This document shows positions 61,647 through 64,000 of a stretch of 64,000 nt of DNA, piece after piece (within the stretch, counting starts at the first letter, position 1; each line of letters starts with the position of its first letter). The notes under the pieces were generated by a model. That model made no database searches. It was not told the origin of the DNA and saw only the letters and a list, made by a program, of their open reading frames with translations. The DNA is taken from the NCBI GenBank assembly GCA_963726255.1, contig CAVSBL010000002.1, forward strand, positions 1,664,001 through 1,728,000, given 5' to 3'. Origin of the DNA: Candidatus Bathyarchaeota archaeon (GTDB taxonomy: Archaea > Thermoproteota > Bathyarchaeia > 40CM-2-53-6). Made by a program: the position numbers and the translations under genes.

Positions 61647-62690
61647 TTGGTCCTAAGCCTCTACAAAACGGTGGTCAAACCGGTCCTATTTCTAACACCC
61701 CCTGAAACGGCCCACGGTATTGCGAAATGGTTTTTCAAACGGCCGCTGATCTGGAAAATCTTGAGTTGGCGCATGCGTGTTCGGGACGACCAGTTAAGAG
61801 TGAATGTTGGGAACCTCGCATTACCTAACCCAGTGGGGCTCGCTGCGGGTTTCGATAAGAACTGCGAGATGTTCGAGGCGCTCTTTCACATAGGGTTTGG
61901 GTACCTTACATTGGGCACGGTTACCCTGAAACCTCGGGAGGGTAACCCGAAGCCTAGAATGTGGCGATATCCGGAGAGATCGCTCGTCAACTCAATGGGA
62001 TTACCCAACGAAGGCGTGCATGAGATTGCGGCCAAACTTTCAAAACGCAATCCCGACCTAGGGCCGAGCATTGTTAGCATATCCGGGTTGAGCATTGACG
62101 AGTTTGTTGAATGCTACCGTGAAATTGAACCTTTGGCAGACGGAATCGAGTTGAACATTAGCACTCCGAACACGGTTGGCGTAAGAATCTTCCAGGAACC
62201 TGATGTATTCACGAAACTGCTAAGCGCGATTAGTACGGTAAAGAGTAGCAAGAAACCGGTTTGGGTGAAAATTCCACCCTACTTTGACAATAAACAACGG
62301 GAAAACGTCCACAACCTGATTGACGTGTGTGTGAAGGCTTCTATCGACGGTATCACCGCAACTAACACGAAGCTTATCGATGAACCTCGGGCCAGCATTA
62401 GGACGGGGGGCCTCAGCGGTCCATTAATTCTCGAAGATATGCTCAGAATAGTTGCAGACGTTTACAAGCACACAGGTGGAAAGGTACCCATCAACGCCTG
62501 CGGTGGCATATCATCAGGCCTTGACGCCTGGCGTGCGTTGGAGGCCGGTGCATCTTCAGTCCAACTCCTCACTGGGCTAATCTATGAGGGCCCCGGCGTC
62601 GTCTCAAGGATTAATCGAGACATACTTCGAATGCTTGAGAGCTCGAAGCTGAGCTCGCTCAGTGAAGTAACAGGATCAGGTTTACGCTGA
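61647..62690 (+). CDS. pyrD: Dihydroorotate dehydrogenase, class 2 (quinone)-like
   Basis: N-terminal membrane helix with PETAH, NPVGLAAGFDKN, GTVT..P..GNPKPR, VKI.P, TNT, GGLSG, GGI. Confidence 0.9.
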   Translation: MVLSLYKTVVKPVLFLTPPETAHGIAKWFFKRPLIWKILSWRMRVRDDQLRVNVGNLALPNPVGLAAGFDKNCEMFEALFHIGFGYLTLGTVTLKPREGNPKPRMWRYPERSLVNSMGLPNEGVHEIAAKLSKRNPDLGPSIVSISGLSIDEFVECYREIEPLADGIELNISTPNTVGVRIFQEPDVFTKLLSAISTVKSSKKPVWVKIPPYFDNKQRENVHNLIDVCVKASIDGITATNTKLIDEPRASIRTGGLSGPLILEDMLRIVADVYKHTGGKVPINACGGISSGLDAWRALEAGASSVQLLTGLIYEGPGVVSRINRDILRMLESSKLSSLSEVTGSGLR

Positions 62691-62756
62691 AACTCAAAGA
62701 CAGAAACCATTCGAAGCCTTACTTAATACGGCGGGCCCCCGCTCTCATGACCACCC

Positions 62757-63353
62757 TTGCCGCCCATTGCCCGGTCACGAAGCCCAGAATGGTACTCGGA
62801 AGACTTCATGAAGCAATTGCACCTCGATGATGAAGTAGAGCAGAGATGCGAATGGTCCTGCCTCCTCTGGTCCAAGGACCACTGGGCTGCCGAAGCCCAG
62901 AAGGCTCAGATAATGCTGCAACAATCCAAAGACCGCCTCACAAAGTCTTCAGGGACTGAGGATACCCTGAATTCGCTTTTCTTGGATTCTCAGTTCGCCA
63001 ACACCATAGCGCAGGTCTACGCGAAACTATTTGGCACTGGGCAGTCCTGCGGCGTGAAGATCTTTGCCAATTGTCCTTTCATGAGACAACGCCAAGACTT
63101 GCTCAAGAGAGGCGCCTTGGCCGGGGTTTTTGCTACGATACTTCACAAGGCCGCATCATACGCGATGCTTGATCGGCATCCACTCGATAGCGGCCTCATA
63201 CATGAAGAGTATAGAGACGTTTACGGAATCGACCTAACAAACTTCATGGACTTGGAGAACTCCCTAAACGACGGCAGGTTCGGAAAATTGTATGAGAACG
63301 TGGTGAAGAAAGCTAGAGAGCTGGCGGGAATGGCGCAAGAGCCTGCTCTTTGA
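62757..63353 (+). CDS. Hypothetical protein, about 198 aa
   Basis: Long ORF with typical codon usage after a TATA-like CTTAATA. Confidence 0.65.
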   Translation: MPPIARSRSPEWYSEDFMKQLHLDDEVEQRCEWSCLLWSKDHWAAEAQKAQIMLQQSKDRLTKSSGTEDTLNSLFLDSQFANTIAQVYAKLFGTGQSCGVKIFANCPFMRQRQDLLKRGALAGVFATILHKAASYAMLDRHPLDSGLIHEEYRDVYGIDLTNFMDLENSLNDGRFGKLYENVVKKARELAGMAQEPAL

Positions 63354-63544
63354 TAGTCGCGGCGAACTTATTCTCTAACTCTCCGACACCAACGACACCC
63401 GAGTCAACTCATATGTTGATACTCGTCGCGCGCGAGAATATGCGTTCGAACTTCATAGATGCCAAGTGAACGGCTCGTCTCAAGGGTTCGGCGTCAGGTT
63501 AATACAATAAGAATACTTGGCTTGCTCAAGGTGAGTTATGTTCT

Positions 63545-64000
63545 TTGGCCCAAGGACCGATAGCGGCTGTGGTTATGCAACTGAGTTTGAAATATGTGAA
63601 GGCAAGTCTACTCTACCTGATCGCCGGCGGAACACTACTTGTCCTGACATTCGCTCACATGTTGCCGTTTGATATGACGGCTTTCTATTTCATGCAACTA
63701 TACGGCTTTGTTGCAATGATGATTTTCGGGCTATCGTACCTCTTCGCTCCCTCATTTGCCCATTCCTTCCTGCACAGCTTGCGCATGGCAAAAGCACAAT
63801 TCTGGCTGATGAACCTCGGCATCATCACGATGACCGTTTCATTTTCGGGTTTGATCCCATTCAACCTCAACATAAGATACCTCGTGGTCGGCTCCCTAAT
63901 CGTTCTGGTTCTCGCTTTGTACCTACACGCATACAACCTGTGGCAGACAATGCGAGCCTGGAAAGGCTCGCCCGGTGAAAAACTCGCCCGGGATGTTACC
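63545..64000 (+). CDS. Membrane protein resembling heme-copper oxidase subunit I-like repeats (runs off window)
   Basis: Open frame from TTG 63545 (RBS AGGTGAG) to the window end: SLLYL..G...LYGFVAMMIFGLSY.F.P.F...QFWLMNLG. Confidence 0.65.
   Translation, partial: MAQGPIAAVVMQLSLKYVKASLLYLIAGGTLLVLTFAHMLPFDMTAFYFMQLYGFVAMMIFGLSYLFAPSFAHSFLHSLRMAKAQFWLMNLGIITMTVSFSGLIPFNLNIRYLVVGSLIVLVLALYLHAYNLWQTMRAWKGSPGEKLARDVT

Overview
Archaeal chromosomal DNA, most consistent with a TACK-superphylum (Thermoproteota) organism such as a Bathyarchaeia-like lineage. This is inferred from the crenarchaeal-type SSB, Zn-containing ferredoxin, multi-intron tRNA, TATA boxes and GGTGA-type RBS. Housekeeping content: a Liv-type ABC importer, thrBC, a tRNA-Leu(CAG) with three introns, a 10-gene purine cluster using bacterial-type PurN/PurH, an ABC-2 exporter, folE-queD-queC, class II RNR, serS, a coproporphyrin-dependent heme b operon, acyl-CoA catabolic genes and pyrD. 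The main result is two related IS6-like, cargo-carrying elements that are not visible in the ORF track: 41104-44335 and 57832-58261. Each has bipartite 50-60 bp terminal inverted repeats, a perfect 8-bp target-site duplication and only the 3' stump of the transposase. Other notable signals: a tRNA intron at position 8/9, apparent ACG/CTG start codons in several genes, a heme operon lacking HemY but containing ChdC plus an AhbD-like radical SAM enzyme, a motif-divergent dCTP deaminase cargo gene, a candidate hairpin ncRNA and several microproteins. Three housekeeping genes (thrB, purN, hemB) carry single frameshifts that may be sequencing errors. All calls come from reading the sequence and recalled family motifs; no database search was run.
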